A stretch of 64,000 nucleotides of DNA from Clostridia bacterium (GTDB taxonomy: Bacteria; Bacillota; Clostridia; UBA1212; DUPL01). The stretch spans positions 288,001 to 352,000 of the forward strand of contig JBMNIW010000001.1 in NCBI GenBank assembly GCA_050951325.1, read 5' to 3'. Position numbers and translations under genes: made by a program. This document shows positions 19,790-29,920 of this stretch, piece after piece; the stretch's first letter is position 1, and the number at the start of each line of letters is the position of its first letter. Below the pieces are notes generated by a model. The model had not been told where the DNA came from, did no database searches, and saw only the letters and a program-made list of their open reading frames with translations.

Positions 19790-20178
19790 AAACTTGGCAG
19801 TGTTCACCTCAAATACAATGACATGGTATACCCCATAACTATGGTTATATTGACAGGATAATTGCACTCATTCCTGCGCTTGAAGAATCAGGTTTTATAT
19901 ATCGTAAACACAATGTGGCGGATGTCATGCTTTTTGTATGTAGAGACAAAAATGCAGATATAAGGACCCATCATATTCATGTAGTCAGATCAGGAAACAA
20001 TGAATGGTACAATTATATAAACTTCAGGAATTACTGGGCCCTGAGAGCAAAAACATGAAGCCCTTAAGCTTCGGCTTATGAGTGAACATTTGATCAACAG
20101 ATTAGCCTATTACGCATTTTGTACCCATGTTTTAATATGGTCGCACAGCTCGACTAATCCCCGTTTTAAACCAAGCAT
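19790..20178. pseudogene. Mosaic of an inorganic pyrophosphatase-like fragment and GrpB-family fragments in opposite orientations
   Basis: + strand LGSVHLKYNDMVYP/NYGYID then RTHHIHVVRSGNNEWYNYINFRNY; - strand RBS + MLGLKRGLVELCDHIKTWVQNA-stop (20178-20110). Confidence 0.65.
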
Positions 20179-20422
20179 ATCTAACCTCTCCAGGATAATA
20201 ATGGACTAAATATATCATATAGTCCCTCTGTATATAACACCTGGTCGAATTATCTCGTATAATTCTTTAAGATCCTTTCCCACCCTATCCTACTCTTGAT
20301 TTCTTTCTATTCCCACTCCTGCTTCAACTAAACGCAAAACTTGTCACACAAACAGCGCACACCTAAAACCAGAGTTGCATATACTATTATTACAAAAATC
20401 CTAAATACATAGGGAGGTTTCT

Positions 20423-21617
20423 ATGAAAATAAAATGTTTTTACATTTTTACTATATTAATATTATTAACTTGCATATTTATCATACCTAACAAGGTATCC
20501 GCACAATCGCCAACTGCTACACTTAGAGTTGATGGGGGAGCACCTATTCCCTATGACTCAGTGCAAGATGCTATAGATGATATTGAATTTATTGTAGGAA
20601 CAGAGTTCCTTGTAGAAATTGCTAATGGCACTGTAACTGAAGCGATAAACATTTTACAGCACACGGATAAGAATGTTTATATCAGACCGCAATCCGGTGC
20701 AACAGTTACGGTTACGAACACAATTACAATTGACGGAAACGGACAAATTGACGGTCGTGAATCCGTTGTCATCGAAAACATCATATTTGATTTTACAGAT
20801 GATAGCGCTCCGGCAGAATGCATATACTTAAATTTAATACCTGGCAGAGTCGGGAACGCATATACTCATAATGTCTTTGTAAACGGATGTACTTTCAACG
20901 GCATTTATGACAAGACTGTGGCTGTAAGAAGCACGACGGGCGGTACGAGGAACCTGTCAATTATGAACAGCACCGCTACCGACATGCACAGTCTCGTTCA
21001 GCTAAGAGCTTTGTCAGGCTTTGCCTTTATCCAAAATGTTACCTTGCAAAACTCCGATGGTGGGGTTAACTTCTTTGGCGAAGAACCTATTCTGTATATT
21101 GACAGCTGCAACTTTGATGTAACGGGATATGCCGTTCGCAGTGGTCAGACAACGGGAAATATCAGAACTCTTGGCGCAGTTAATATAAACAACAGTATTC
21201 TTACGTCCAACTCTCCAGGAATAGGTACTATTGTTTTGAGAGGAGACAGTACGAACAATATAAACATTATCCATTCGAATATAACCAACAACGAGGGCGG
21301 GCCGTACATTCAAAATGAAAACGATGACAGCATACAGCACATATGACATTGACCTCGTTGAGTCCAATGTTTCAGGTCAAGTTGACCGTATCGCCACAGC
21401 CACTATGTCAGTTATTGATGCACCAAATGTTAAAAACGGCCCAATTTGTGTGCAAAGTTCAAACGGCAACGGTGATAACGGTAACGGCGATAACGGCAAC
21501 GACTTGATAACAATGCTTTTAACCATAATTCTGGTTGTCTTGGCCATCGTTCTGATTGCAATACTACTTCCATTTATTGTAGCAATCTTTATTATAAGGC
21601 GTTTACTGCCAAGGTAA
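20423..21617 (+). pseudogene. Secreted beta-helix-like protein with C-terminal membrane anchor, split by one frameshift at ~21330
   Basis: Signal peptide; Asn-rich beta-helix-like repeats; overlapping ORFs 20423-21346 and 21315-21617; NGD linker and TM tail in the second frame. Confidence 0.65.
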
Positions 21618-21627
21618 ATGATCTTAA

Positions 21628-21663
21628 AAATCTAAACACCCACTAGTTTGGGTGTTTAGATTT
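21628..21663. terminator. Bidirectional terminator
   Basis: AAATCTAAACACCC...GGGTGTTTAGATTT inverted repeat between convergent genes. Confidence 0.75.
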
Positions 21664-21820
21664 CTAATCTATTTATAATACATAACGGTAATGGAAGTGC
21701 TTGTTGCCGCCATGTATATTCACCAACCAAATAAATATTGACCTGTTAATATCACTATTCTACAGAAAATGTACAAGCAGTATACTCGTCCTCTAGTATC
21801 CCAGGCAGACAGACAACTAC

Positions 21821-22597
21821 TTATCCATGGTCTGCATTTCTCCACCACAGCATTGTTCCCAACACACCCATTACATTCGTTACAATCACAACAAGAATCC
21901 CTGCAGCATCGATAGTAGCATCCCCTGTCATACCGCTTGCAACAGCTGGAATAGACCATGGAAAGAGATGTCCATATCCTACTGCTGCAATGATTTGTGC
22001 AAGAACAATAGTGAAAATCATAAAACCAAATGATGATAAATAACCTCTCCCAATACTTGCAAGCAAAGCAACAGGTGAAGAAAGAAAAATTGTTAGCACT
22101 GCACATAGAATATAAAGCTTCACTCCACTAATCAAAACTTCCAATGAGAGCCCAGGTATATAAATCAATACACCTACAATCAGACTGGTCGCAAATACGA
22201 ATACTGATAAAATCAGACACCAAAGATAGATAACAATAAACTTGGAAAGAACTATCATACACCGAGACGTTGGAAGGGCCAACAAATCTTTTATTGTTCT
22301 GTCTGAGTATTCTCTTCCAAATACCCAGCTTGTTACAAACCCAAACACAATAAGGCCACCTATGGCAATAGCTTGGGATATAAGGCTTAAAAATGATGGC
22401 CAGTCCGCTGTACCTACAAACTGTGCTTTTGTTGATATGAGTCCCATCTTTTGTGCAAAATCAGGGTCTTTAAGAACAAACATGAAGAATCCACCAACAA
22501 AAGGAATCAACATTACCGAGAGCAGAGTTATCAAGGGCACCTTTGAGCAAAATAGTTTCTTGGATTCTATAAACACACATGTCAGCAGCCTTCTCAT
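21821..22597 (-). CDS. ABC-2 permease (BcrB/lantibiotic-immunity-like)
   Basis: Six TM segments, FGREYSDRTIKDLLALP motif. Confidence 0.88.
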   Translation of the reverse strand: MRRLLTCVFIESKKLFCSKVPLITLLSVMLIPFVGGFFMFVLKDPDFAQKMGLISTKAQFVGTADWPSFLSLISQAIAIGGLIVFGFVTSWVFGREYSDRTIKDLLALPTSRCMIVLSKFIVIYLWCLILSVFVFATSLIVGVLIYIPGLSLEVLISGVKLYILCAVLTIFLSSPVALLASIGRGYLSSFGFMIFTIVLAQIIAAVGYGHLFPWSIPAVASGMTGDATIDAAGILVVIVTNVMGVLGTMLWWRNADHG

Positions 22598-23517
22598 TTT
22601 GACGTTCCTCCAATCTCACTGATGGTTCTAAGAAAATACATCTCCAAGTCTTCAACTTCGACCTTCAAAAGCGTTGGAGGACAACCTGCATTTACAAGCA
22701 CCACAGCAACTTTGTCTGGATTATTAACAGCATGCTCATCCACAATCTGCAAAGAATCAAAACTTCTATGAACAATGTATCCATTATTGGAAAGAACAGC
22801 TTCCATATAATCTCTATCCCTTCCATCTATAATCAATGTTTTTTTCAATTGACTATGCAGCTGCTTTGCATCAATATTTTTTATTAGTTTTCCTTCATGT
22901 ATTATTGCAATATTAGTTGCAATCCTGGAAATCTCCTCTAGCTTGTGACTTGATATAAATATGGTTACATTTGAGTTCTGAGACAATTCCTTAAGCAGAC
23001 TACGTATTTCAACAATTCCAGCAGGATCAAGTCCGTTGGTAGGCTCATCAAGAATTAGAATCTTAGGGCTATGAATAATTGCTTTAGCAATACCAAGTCT
23101 TTGAGCATTTCCCAAAGACAAATGTTTTGCTTTCATTGATTCATAGCCATCCAACTTTAATTTCTTAATAACCCGGTCAACACATGTGTTATCATCTAAT
23201 CCCCTTAACTTGCGATAAATCTCCAAATTCTCTCTTACAGTCAAATTAGGATAGGAATATGGGGTTTCTACAAGATATCCCACATCAGACCAGATAGTAG
23301 TATTTCCCTTGTCTACTTTCTTGCCTAGGATAAAGCATTGTCCGGATGTTGGAGCAACCATTCCCAGCAACATCGTTATAGTAGTCGTCTTGCCAGCACC
23401 ATTAAGTCCAAGGAAACCAAATATCTCACCTCTGTTTATTGACAGGTTCATGTTATCAACCGCAGTGACATCCCTATACTTCTTTGTTAATCCAACAGTC
23501 TTTATTACGTCAATCAT
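22594..23517 (-). CDS. ABC transporter ATPase (BcrA-like)
   Basis: GLNGAGKTT, LSLGNAQRL, ILDEPTNGLDPAG. Confidence 0.92.
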   Translation of the reverse strand: MIDVIKTVGLTKKYRDVTAVDNMNLSINRGEIFGFLGLNGAGKTTTITMLLGMVAPTSGQCFILGKKVDKGNTTIWSDVGYLVETPYSYPNLTVRENLEIYRKLRGLDDNTCVDRVIKKLKLDGYESMKAKHLSLGNAQRLGIAKAIIHSPKILILDEPTNGLDPAGIVEIRSLLKELSQNSNVTIFISSHKLEEISRIATNIAIIHEGKLIKNIDAKQLHSQLKKTLIIDGRDRDYMEAVLSNNGYIVHRSFDSLQIVDEHAVNNPDKVAVVLVNAGCPPTLLKVEVEDLEMYFLRTISEIGGTSK

Positions 23518-24115
23518 TTTCAAGTTCTCCTTCCAACACCTGGACGGCAAGACCTCTAATCAAGAGCTTAAGTGCATCGTCAAAATTCTTTGCTCCAACC
23601 TCTTCGATATGCAGCATACTCATAAATATTGCTCTGAGTGAAGCTGTAACAACTTCCAAACTAACTCCTTCTTTTATTTTGACATATAAGAAAATTTCAG
23701 AAGCAAAATGCATGTCAAACAAATGATGCTTAAGAATAAGCTCTTTAGGAAGTTTTCTCATTAAGTATTCCATCTCATTATCTTTAACAATATTGATTAT
23801 GAAAGAATGTCTGACTTTTTGATACAGCTCATAAATAAGCTCTGAAAACTTATCTGCATTTAAGTCTTCTTCACTCTTGAGACTGTCAGCCAGCCCTTCC
23901 AAAAGTGACTTTTGATAATCTTCCAATACAGTGAAAAACAGTATTTCTTTGGAATCATAGAATTTATAAAAGGAACCTTTTGCTATCCCCGCCATTTGCA
24001 CCAATTGGTCAACTGTTGTCTTCTTCACTCCATATCTGGATAAACATTCACGGGCAGCCTCTTTTAACTTGTCATTTATAAACCTTTTTTCTTCTTCACT
24101 AAATGCAACTGCCAT
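23510..24115 (-). CDS. TetR-family regulator
   Basis: KTTVDQLVQMAGIAKGSFYKFYDSKE HTH. Confidence 0.92.
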   Translation of the reverse strand: MAVAFSEEEKRFINDKLKEAARECLSRYGVKKTTVDQLVQMAGIAKGSFYKFYDSKEILFFTVLEDYQKSLLEGLADSLKSEEDLNADKFSELIYELYQKVRHSFIINIVKDNEMEYLMRKLPKELILKHHLFDMHFASEIFLYVKIKEGVSLEVVTASLRAIFMSMLHIEEVGAKNFDDALKLLIRGLAVQVLEGELEND

Positions 24116-24131
24116 AACAACCTCCATACTG

Positions 24132-24159
24132 TATGACTGTTTTTGTGTATTCAGTCATA
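24132..24159. promoter_or_regulatory. Putative TetR operator
   Basis: TATGACTG-N12-CAGTCATA inverted repeat just upstream of the tetR RBS. Confidence 0.65.
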
Positions 24160-24184
24160 TCTTATCATAAAAAAAGACTAGTTG

Positions 24185-24802
24185 TCAATCTTTAAACCCA
24201 CCATTATCAAGACGATATATCACGAACTTATCCTTATCATTACTACCTTTAGAAACCATTATGTCACTAATCCTTCTAAACGGAGTACTGGTATTAAGAA
24301 AATCCAGATACTCACGATCCGGATAGTACAGTATCAAATCCATGGTTCTTCCATGTTTCTCAAATGAAAACAAAATATTCTGCACAACCTTTCTAAAAAT
24401 CTGTACTGTAAACGGATTAAAGAAATAAAAGCAGTTGTCCTTCTCCTCTATTCTATAATGCTGCGCAAGGCAACATAAAAACTCTACAGGAGCGGATATG
24501 TCTCCTGCTTTTAAATTGTAGCTATCCTTGTTCGCAAGAGCTTCTTCAAAAGTTATTCTATTTGCTTCAATGCCAACAACAGGCAGATTAAATCGGTCAT
24601 GCAGATAAAATGCGAAACGACCTCGGCCGCATCCAAAATCCACAACTTGATCAACTCCATTAAAATCATAATTTTCACATAGCACATCCAACGCCCTGTA
24701 TGGGGTTGCCTCATACCTATGATACTGTATATTCACTCCAAGCCATTCTCTTGTTCCAACTGTCACTATTCCTAGAGCTTCATCTCGTTTTCTTTCATCC
24801 AT
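24185..24802 (-). CDS. Class I SAM-dependent methyltransferase
   Basis: YEATPY, VDFGCGRGR motif I, FYFFNPF. Confidence 0.85.
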   Translation of the reverse strand: MDERKRDEALGIVTVGTREWLGVNIQYHRYEATPYRALDVLCENYDFNGVDQVVDFGCGRGRFAFYLHDRFNLPVVGIEANRITFEEALANKDSYNLKAGDISAPVEFLCCLAQHYRIEEKDNCFYFFNPFTVQIFRKVVQNILFSFEKHGRTMDLILYYPDREYLDFLNTSTPFRRISDIMVSKGSNDKDKFVIYRLDNGGFKD

Positions 24803-24809
24803 TCCTGCT

Positions 24810-25250
24810 CCTTCATTTCGCTTATATAATCTTGCAGCCAAAAACGGTTGCATAAATAATACATAGTCTATTTCATTACAATAACCAGTTACATTATACA
24901 ATAAACCCAGCTAATAATAAATCTGCGTTGGGATACATTGAAGAAAACCTAAAAAACCAAATAACTGCATTGGTGTAATCCATTTCGTATTTAATTTTCA
25001 CCATTGGCAAATGGGCTGATACTTGTGGTAATATACTGTTTCAAATTGTTCCCTCTTTTATACTGACAGCATTCAGTCGTAGAAAATCCTTAAAATTAGA
25101 AGAACTACATTTTGAATTCCTGCCACTAAAAATAGTTTCAAGGTAAATATTAATACGTCATTTACTTTTCCAGCCGTAGCGGAAGTAATAATTTTTGACA
25201 TTATTACAGAAGTATATAATGCAACCGGGATTGGTATAGTTTTTATCAAA
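24810..25250 (-). pseudogene. Decayed membrane protein fragment (possibly ABC transporter TM domain)
   Basis: Hydrophobic reading frame (PIPVALYTSVIMSKIITSATAG...LFLVAGIQNVVLLILR) interrupted by several stops. Confidence 0.35.
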
Positions 25251-25302
25251 AATTATATATTAAAAATCGTACCAATGCATGAACGAGTGAATAAAATGAA
25301 TA

Positions 25303-25331
25303 TTGAAATTTATAAAAGACAGATGTATAAT
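25303..25331 (+). promoter_or_regulatory. Sigma-A promoter of tRNA-Gly
   Basis: TTGAAA-N17-TATAAT, 15 nt before the tRNA. Confidence 0.8.
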
Positions 25332-25345
25332 ATGTGATGAAAAAA

Positions 25346-25419
25346 GCGGGGTTAATTCATCGGTAGAATACTTGGTTCCCAACCAAGACAGGCGGGTTCG
25401 ACTCCCGTACTCCGCTCCA
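25346..25419 (+). tRNA. tRNA-Gly (anticodon CCC)
   Basis: Cloverleaf: GCGGGGT/ACTCCGC acceptor stem, CTTGG-TTCCCAA-CCAAG anticodon arm, TTCGACT T-loop, encoded TCCA end. Confidence 0.96.
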
Positions 25420-25420
25420 A

Positions 25421-25460
25421 AAAAGATCTTGTTCGAACAAGAACAAGATCTTTTATTTTT
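25421..25460 (+). terminator. Terminator after tRNA-Gly
   Basis: AAAAGATCTTGTTC...GAACAAGATCTTTT then T-rich run. Confidence 0.75.
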
Positions 25461-25543
25461 CCCATAAATATTTGTAAAACCTTTACAAAAAGAGAGAATT
25501 GAATATATAATACACAAAACAGGCAAATTGACGGAGGTATATT

Positions 25544-26521
25544 ATGAAACTCTCTAAACTATTGATTTTGCTTATGTGCGTCCTTATGCTCTTTGCAAGT
25601 TCATGTGATTCACAACCTGAATCAGATAATCCAACACCTGAACCTACAGAGACAGATATGCCCGAGGAAAAGAATACCATTCTATATCAACTGCCAACTC
25701 AAACACCACAGCAGATGATGTCTTATGTAATAATAACGAAAGACGAGTCCTGCATAGTAATTGATGGCGGAAATACAGGTGATGGCAATTATCTACTTAA
25801 CTTCCTGAAAGAGAAGACAGGAAAAGAAAAACCTGAAATTGATGCATGGTTCTTCTCCCATGCCCATTCCGATCACGTCAATGCATTTATAGCTTTGGTG
25901 AATCAGAAGAAAGATGAGTTTGCAGTCAAGAAAATATATTACAACTTCCCAAGTAAAGAATTTGTAAGGACGTACGACAGCTCCTCTGTGATTGAAACAA
26001 TGGACAATTTCCACGCCGCAGTTGAAAAGCTTGACAATACGGAAGTTATTATTCCCCAGGAGGGTGACAAGTTTGACATAGGTAGTGTTGAATTTGAAAT
26101 TCTAATGGTTCAGGACGAAGAAGCAAACTTCATGAGGAATGGCAATGTTGTAAATAATAGCTGCATGATTTTTAGAATGAAAGTTGAGGAACAAACAGTC
26201 CTTTTCCTTGGGGATACCGGTGTTGAGCAGGGAATTATGCTGTTAGTAAAGCATCGGGACTATCTTAAGAGCGACATGGTTCAAATGGCACATCACGGAC
26301 AGAACGGAGTTAACAAAAAGGTTTACGAAACCATCAATCCCAGCGTCTGCCTGTGGCCCACACCCGCCTGGCTATATAACAACGACAATGGCGGTGGTTA
26401 TGATTCCGGCCCATGGCTTACAATTGAAGTAAGAGGTTGGATGGAGGAACTAGGTGTCAAACATCACTTTATTGACAAGGACGGGCTGCACGAAATTGTA
26501 TTTCCTTTTGAACTGGACTGA
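25544..26521 (+). CDS. MBL-fold metallo-hydrolase lipoprotein (ComEC C-terminal-like)
   Basis: Lipobox FASSC; SHAHSDH; NNSC, LFLGD, QMAHHG motifs. Confidence 0.85.
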   Translation: MKLSKLLILLMCVLMLFASSCDSQPESDNPTPEPTETDMPEEKNTILYQLPTQTPQQMMSYVIITKDESCIVIDGGNTGDGNYLLNFLKEKTGKEKPEIDAWFFSHAHSDHVNAFIALVNQKKDEFAVKKIYYNFPSKEFVRTYDSSSVIETMDNFHAAVEKLDNTEVIIPQEGDKFDIGSVEFEILMVQDEEANFMRNGNVVNNSCMIFRMKVEEQTVLFLGDTGVEQGIMLLVKHRDYLKSDMVQMAHHGQNGVNKKVYETINPSVCLWPTPAWLYNNDNGGGYDSGPWLTIEVRGWMEELGVKHHFIDKDGLHEIVFPFELD

Positions 26522-26560
26522 AATTATTGAGATAAGGCCTCCTGGTAATGGAGGCCACCT

Positions 26561-28465
26561 TTATTCATGCCGTAATGACTTGACAGGATCCAATGAGGAT
26601 GCTCTTGCTGCAGGTATAAAGCTTGCCATCATGCTTATACCAACACTTATTAATATCCCTAATATAACATGGGGAAGATTAATTGCAACAAGCTTGGTAC
26701 CAGTTATACGGTATAAAACAATGTTGGCAAAGCCACCTGTGACAACTGCAATCATTACACCAATTATTCCGCTGCTTAATCCAAGCAAGGTACCCTCAGA
26801 AAGAAAAATTCTTCTAATATCCGCCTCTCTTGCTCCTATTGCTCTTAAGATTCCAATTTCTTTTGTCCTCTCTACGACACTGATAAAAAGTACCACCATG
26901 ATCATTATACCAGATACCACAAGTGACACAGCGGCTACTCCAGTAAGCCCAATAGTAACAGTCTTGATGAATGACATGACTCTATTCAGAGCAGAATCTC
27001 TGCTGTTTATATCAAAACCAAGTTTCTTTACCGCCAATTTTATATGTTTCACATAATTATTACTTCCCGCAGTCACATAGAGAATGTTAACCGAACACTC
27101 AACATCTTCATAATTGGCATATACAGTCTTGATTCTGGAAGCAGGACTTCCATCGTTTTCAATAATTCCGCTGATAACAAATGTCCTTTGCTCATCGTCA
27201 TCCATTATCAACCCAACTTCCTTGCCAATCAAATAGTCATAATCCTTGTTCAACACATCAGCAACAGACTCACTTACAAGTATCTCACCACTTCTTGGCA
27301 TCCTTCCCTTCTTGAGGTCAAAAGAAGAACCCTTGTGAAGAGTTGACATAACTGCAATACTCTCGTTTCTGCCATCCACTTTTAAAATAGTGGACCCCGT
27401 TATTATACTTCCTTTTTCCACACTCTCAATCCCTGAAATGTCAAGTATATCTTCAACTTCCTCTTCAGTAAACGGCTCAAGATTTGCAAAAGATGCAAAC
27501 CTTCTTCCTGCAGAGCCATCCTTCCCCTGCTTTACCACCTCAATCATCAAAGGATTGGCTTGAGAGTACATCTGGCTGGATACATAGTTCCCTATACCTC
27601 TTGAAAGAAACAAGAGTATAACGACTGAGAATATTCCTATTCCAGTGCCTAGAGAAACCAGTATATTTCTAAGCTTGTTCTTTCTTATGTTTTTATACGC
27701 AGCAGATAGGGAATGCAAAACACCATAGCCTTTTGAAGAAAAATGCCTTGTCCTGTTGTCAAAATGTCTTTCAGATGCTTTGCCACCATCTTCCGATACA
27801 ATACCATATTCCAATCTAATAATTCTGTCACATTTTGCTGCCACTTTCTCAGAGTGGGTAACTACTAAAACCAGTTTGCCTTGCCGGGCTATGGACTTTA
27901 AGAGTTCAATAATTCTATCCGCATTATCCTTGTCAAGAGCTCCTGTTGGCTCATCCGCCAAAATTATATCAGGATCATTCATTAGAGCCCTTGCAATTGC
28001 CACTCTTTGTCTTTCTCCTCCGGACAAAGAATGCGGCATTTTATTCTCAAACCCAGCAAGCCCAAGCATGGAGAGCAGATTCAATGCTTTTCCTCTTTTT
28101 TCTTTTTTTGACATTGTAGTCATATCTGTTGGGACAAGTACATTTTCAATAACTGTATAACCAGGTATAAGGTTGAAGGACTGAAACACAAAACCAATAT
28201 TCATCTTCCTGTACTCATCCAGCTCTTTTCCCTTTAAATCCTTTATGTTCCTCCCACTAATTTGCACACTGCCTTCATAATCCGAATCAAGGCCGCCAAT
28301 TACATTCAAAAGAGTAGATTTCCCCGACCCGGATTCACCAACAACAGCAACAAGTTCCCCTTTATCCAAAGAGAGATTAACACCCTTGAGAACTTCCTGC
28401 ACCTTTCCGCTACTTATTGTGTAATTCTTTTGCAGCTGGTCAATCTCAATCAAAGCCATCATCAA
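26561..28465 (-). CDS. MacB-like fused ABC ATPase/FtsX permease
   Basis: GESGSGKST, LSGGERQR, ADEPTGALD, VVERTKEIGILRAIGA. Confidence 0.92.
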   Translation of the reverse strand: MMMALIEIDQLQKNYTISSGKVQEVLKGVNLSLDKGELVAVVGESGSGKSTLLNVIGGLDSDYEGSVQISGRNIKDLKGKELDEYRKMNIGFVFQSFNLIPGYTVIENVLVPTDMTTMSKKEKRGKALNLLSMLGLAGFENKMPHSLSGGERQRVAIARALMNDPDIILADEPTGALDKDNADRIIELLKSIARQGKLVLVVTHSEKVAAKCDRIIRLEYGIVSEDGGKASERHFDNRTRHFSSKGYGVLHSLSAAYKNIRKNKLRNILVSLGTGIGIFSVVILLFLSRGIGNYVSSQMYSQANPLMIEVVKQGKDGSAGRRFASFANLEPFTEEEVEDILDISGIESVEKGSIITGSTILKVDGRNESIAVMSTLHKGSSFDLKKGRMPRSGEILVSESVADVLNKDYDYLIGKEVGLIMDDDEQRTFVISGIIENDGSPASRIKTVYANYEDVECSVNILYVTAGSNNYVKHIKLAVKKLGFDINSRDSALNRVMSFIKTVTIGLTGVAAVSLVVSGIMIMVVLFISVVERTKEIGILRAIGAREADIRRIFLSEGTLLGLSSGIIGVMIAVVTGGFANIVLYRITGTKLVAINLPHVILGILISVGISMMASFIPAARASSLDPVKSLRHE

Positions 28466-29361
28466 CCCCCCATATTTCCATAAAATATGTTGGTTATGAA
28501 CTCCTCAACTTCCTCCCATGCCTTGTTTGCATCCTCCAGTTCGGGAAACAGCATCTGGAACACATGAAACATGCCTGGATACGTTGTCTGGGTAACTAAA
28601 ACACCTGCATCTTTAGCCTTTGCCGCAACCTTCAGTGTATCATTGAGGATTATCTCATCTCCACCTGCCTGCATCAGCATGGGTGGAAAATCATGATACT
28701 CTCCATATACAGGTGAGATGTATGGATTGTCCGCCCTTTCATTACCAACATATGCAGGCTTTCTTCTTTTGTAATTGAGATTTGTCCATGCCGACATGGT
28801 TATGAGTCCTGCAGGCATGGGCATATTATTATCCCTCAGGAAAAGTACTATTGCCAATGCAAGACCGCCGCCTGCAGAATCCCCCACGATAATTATATTT
28901 TCGGCAGTAAACCCATTATCCAAAAGCCAGTTGTATGCAAGAAGAGCATCTTCCAGTGCTGCAGGATATGGATCTTTTGGAGCAACCCTGTAGTCCACTG
29001 TCAGCACTGCCGCTCCACTTATTCTCGCATACTGCACTGCCGCCCTTCTGTAGGTCATGCCGTTATCCTTAAGCGACCGTGTATATGCTCCGCCATGCAG
29101 CTGCAGTATTGCCTTGTCAGGATTAGCATCCTTTTTCACGACCCATTCCATAGCAATACCATCAACCTCAAATATTTCAAGCGTATAATCCTCAGGCATC
29201 TTGAAATTCTTGTTCAGCTCATTCAGCATCTCAATATTCTTGTTGTCCTCAAAATCAAATCTGCCTATTTTGTCCTTTATTCTTTTATACATAAAGAAAA
29301 TGCCAATTGCAAAAACGAGTATAATTACCAATACAATTAATGATTTCTTCTTACTCATCAT
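28462..29361 (-). CDS. HSL-family esterase/lipase with N-terminal membrane anchor
   Basis: HGGAY oxyanion motif, GDSAGG nucleophile, GMFHVF. Confidence 0.9.
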   Translation of the reverse strand: MMSKKKSLIVLVIILVFAIGIFFMYKRIKDKIGRFDFEDNKNIEMLNELNKNFKMPEDYTLEIFEVDGIAMEWVVKKDANPDKAILQLHGGAYTRSLKDNGMTYRRAAVQYARISGAAVLTVDYRVAPKDPYPAALEDALLAYNWLLDNGFTAENIIIVGDSAGGGLALAIVLFLRDNNMPMPAGLITMSAWTNLNYKRRKPAYVGNERADNPYISPVYGEYHDFPPMLMQAGGDEIILNDTLKVAAKAKDAGVLVTQTTYPGMFHVFQMLFPELEDANKAWEEVEEFITNIFYGNMGG

Positions 29362-29797
29362 CCCAACTCTCTTCCAGCATTACCTTGTATGTTTCAGTCA
29401 GTTTTTCCACAAGCTCAATCAGTTTGTCCGTATCGGATTCTCCTAGAGAATCCACAATCCTTTCTGCAACAGCCAGAATTCTTCCGTTTGCTTGTTCCAA
29501 GGCTTTCCTTCCCTCATCTGTAAGCTCAATATTTATGTTTCTTCTGTCATCCTTATCTATCATCCGGGTAATATAGTTTCTTTTTTCAAGGTCATTCAAA
29601 ATTCGGGTAATGGAAGGGCGTGACAATTCCAAAATTTCGGACAGCTCCGATGCTTTCAAGTATCCATCGTCCTTTGAAACATTTCTTAAAACTAAATATT
29701 CGCCCGTGGACAGATTCCCTTTGGCAAGCAGCTTGTTCAGCTGTTTTCTCATATTCAAAGTAGCGTATAAAAGATGTGCGCCTTTTAAAGTTTTCAT
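29351..29797 (-). CDS. MarR-family regulator
   Basis: SELSEILELSRPSITRILNDLEKRNYI..DDRR..IELTDEG; GGAGG RBS before ATG 29797. Confidence 0.92.
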   Translation of the reverse strand: MKTLKGAHLLYATLNMRKQLNKLLAKGNLSTGEYLVLRNVSKDDGYLKASELSEILELSRPSITRILNDLEKRNYITRMIDKDDRRNINIELTDEGRKALEQANGRILAVAERIVDSLGESDTDKLIELVEKLTETYKVMLEESWDDE

Positions 29798-29808
29798 GTT
29801 AACCTCCT

Positions 29809-29871
29809 TTGTTTTGATGTATAATAGTTTTGTATGTAAACTATTATACATCAAAACAATTAATGTGTCAA
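29809..29871 (-). promoter_or_regulatory. Consensus sigma-A promoter overlapped by a 22-bp perfect inverted repeat (putative MarR operator)
   Basis: TTGACA(29871-29866)-N17-TATAAT(29848-29843); repeat arms 29809-29830 and 29838-29859. Confidence 0.8.
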
Positions 29872-29920
29872 AAAAAAAGCAAGGCAATAAATACCCTGCT
29901 TTTTTATGTATAAATCACTA

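Noticed and set aside
25346-25419. tRNA-Gly as the integration site of an island
   Set aside because: I noticed no duplicate of the tRNA 3' end and no integrase in the window
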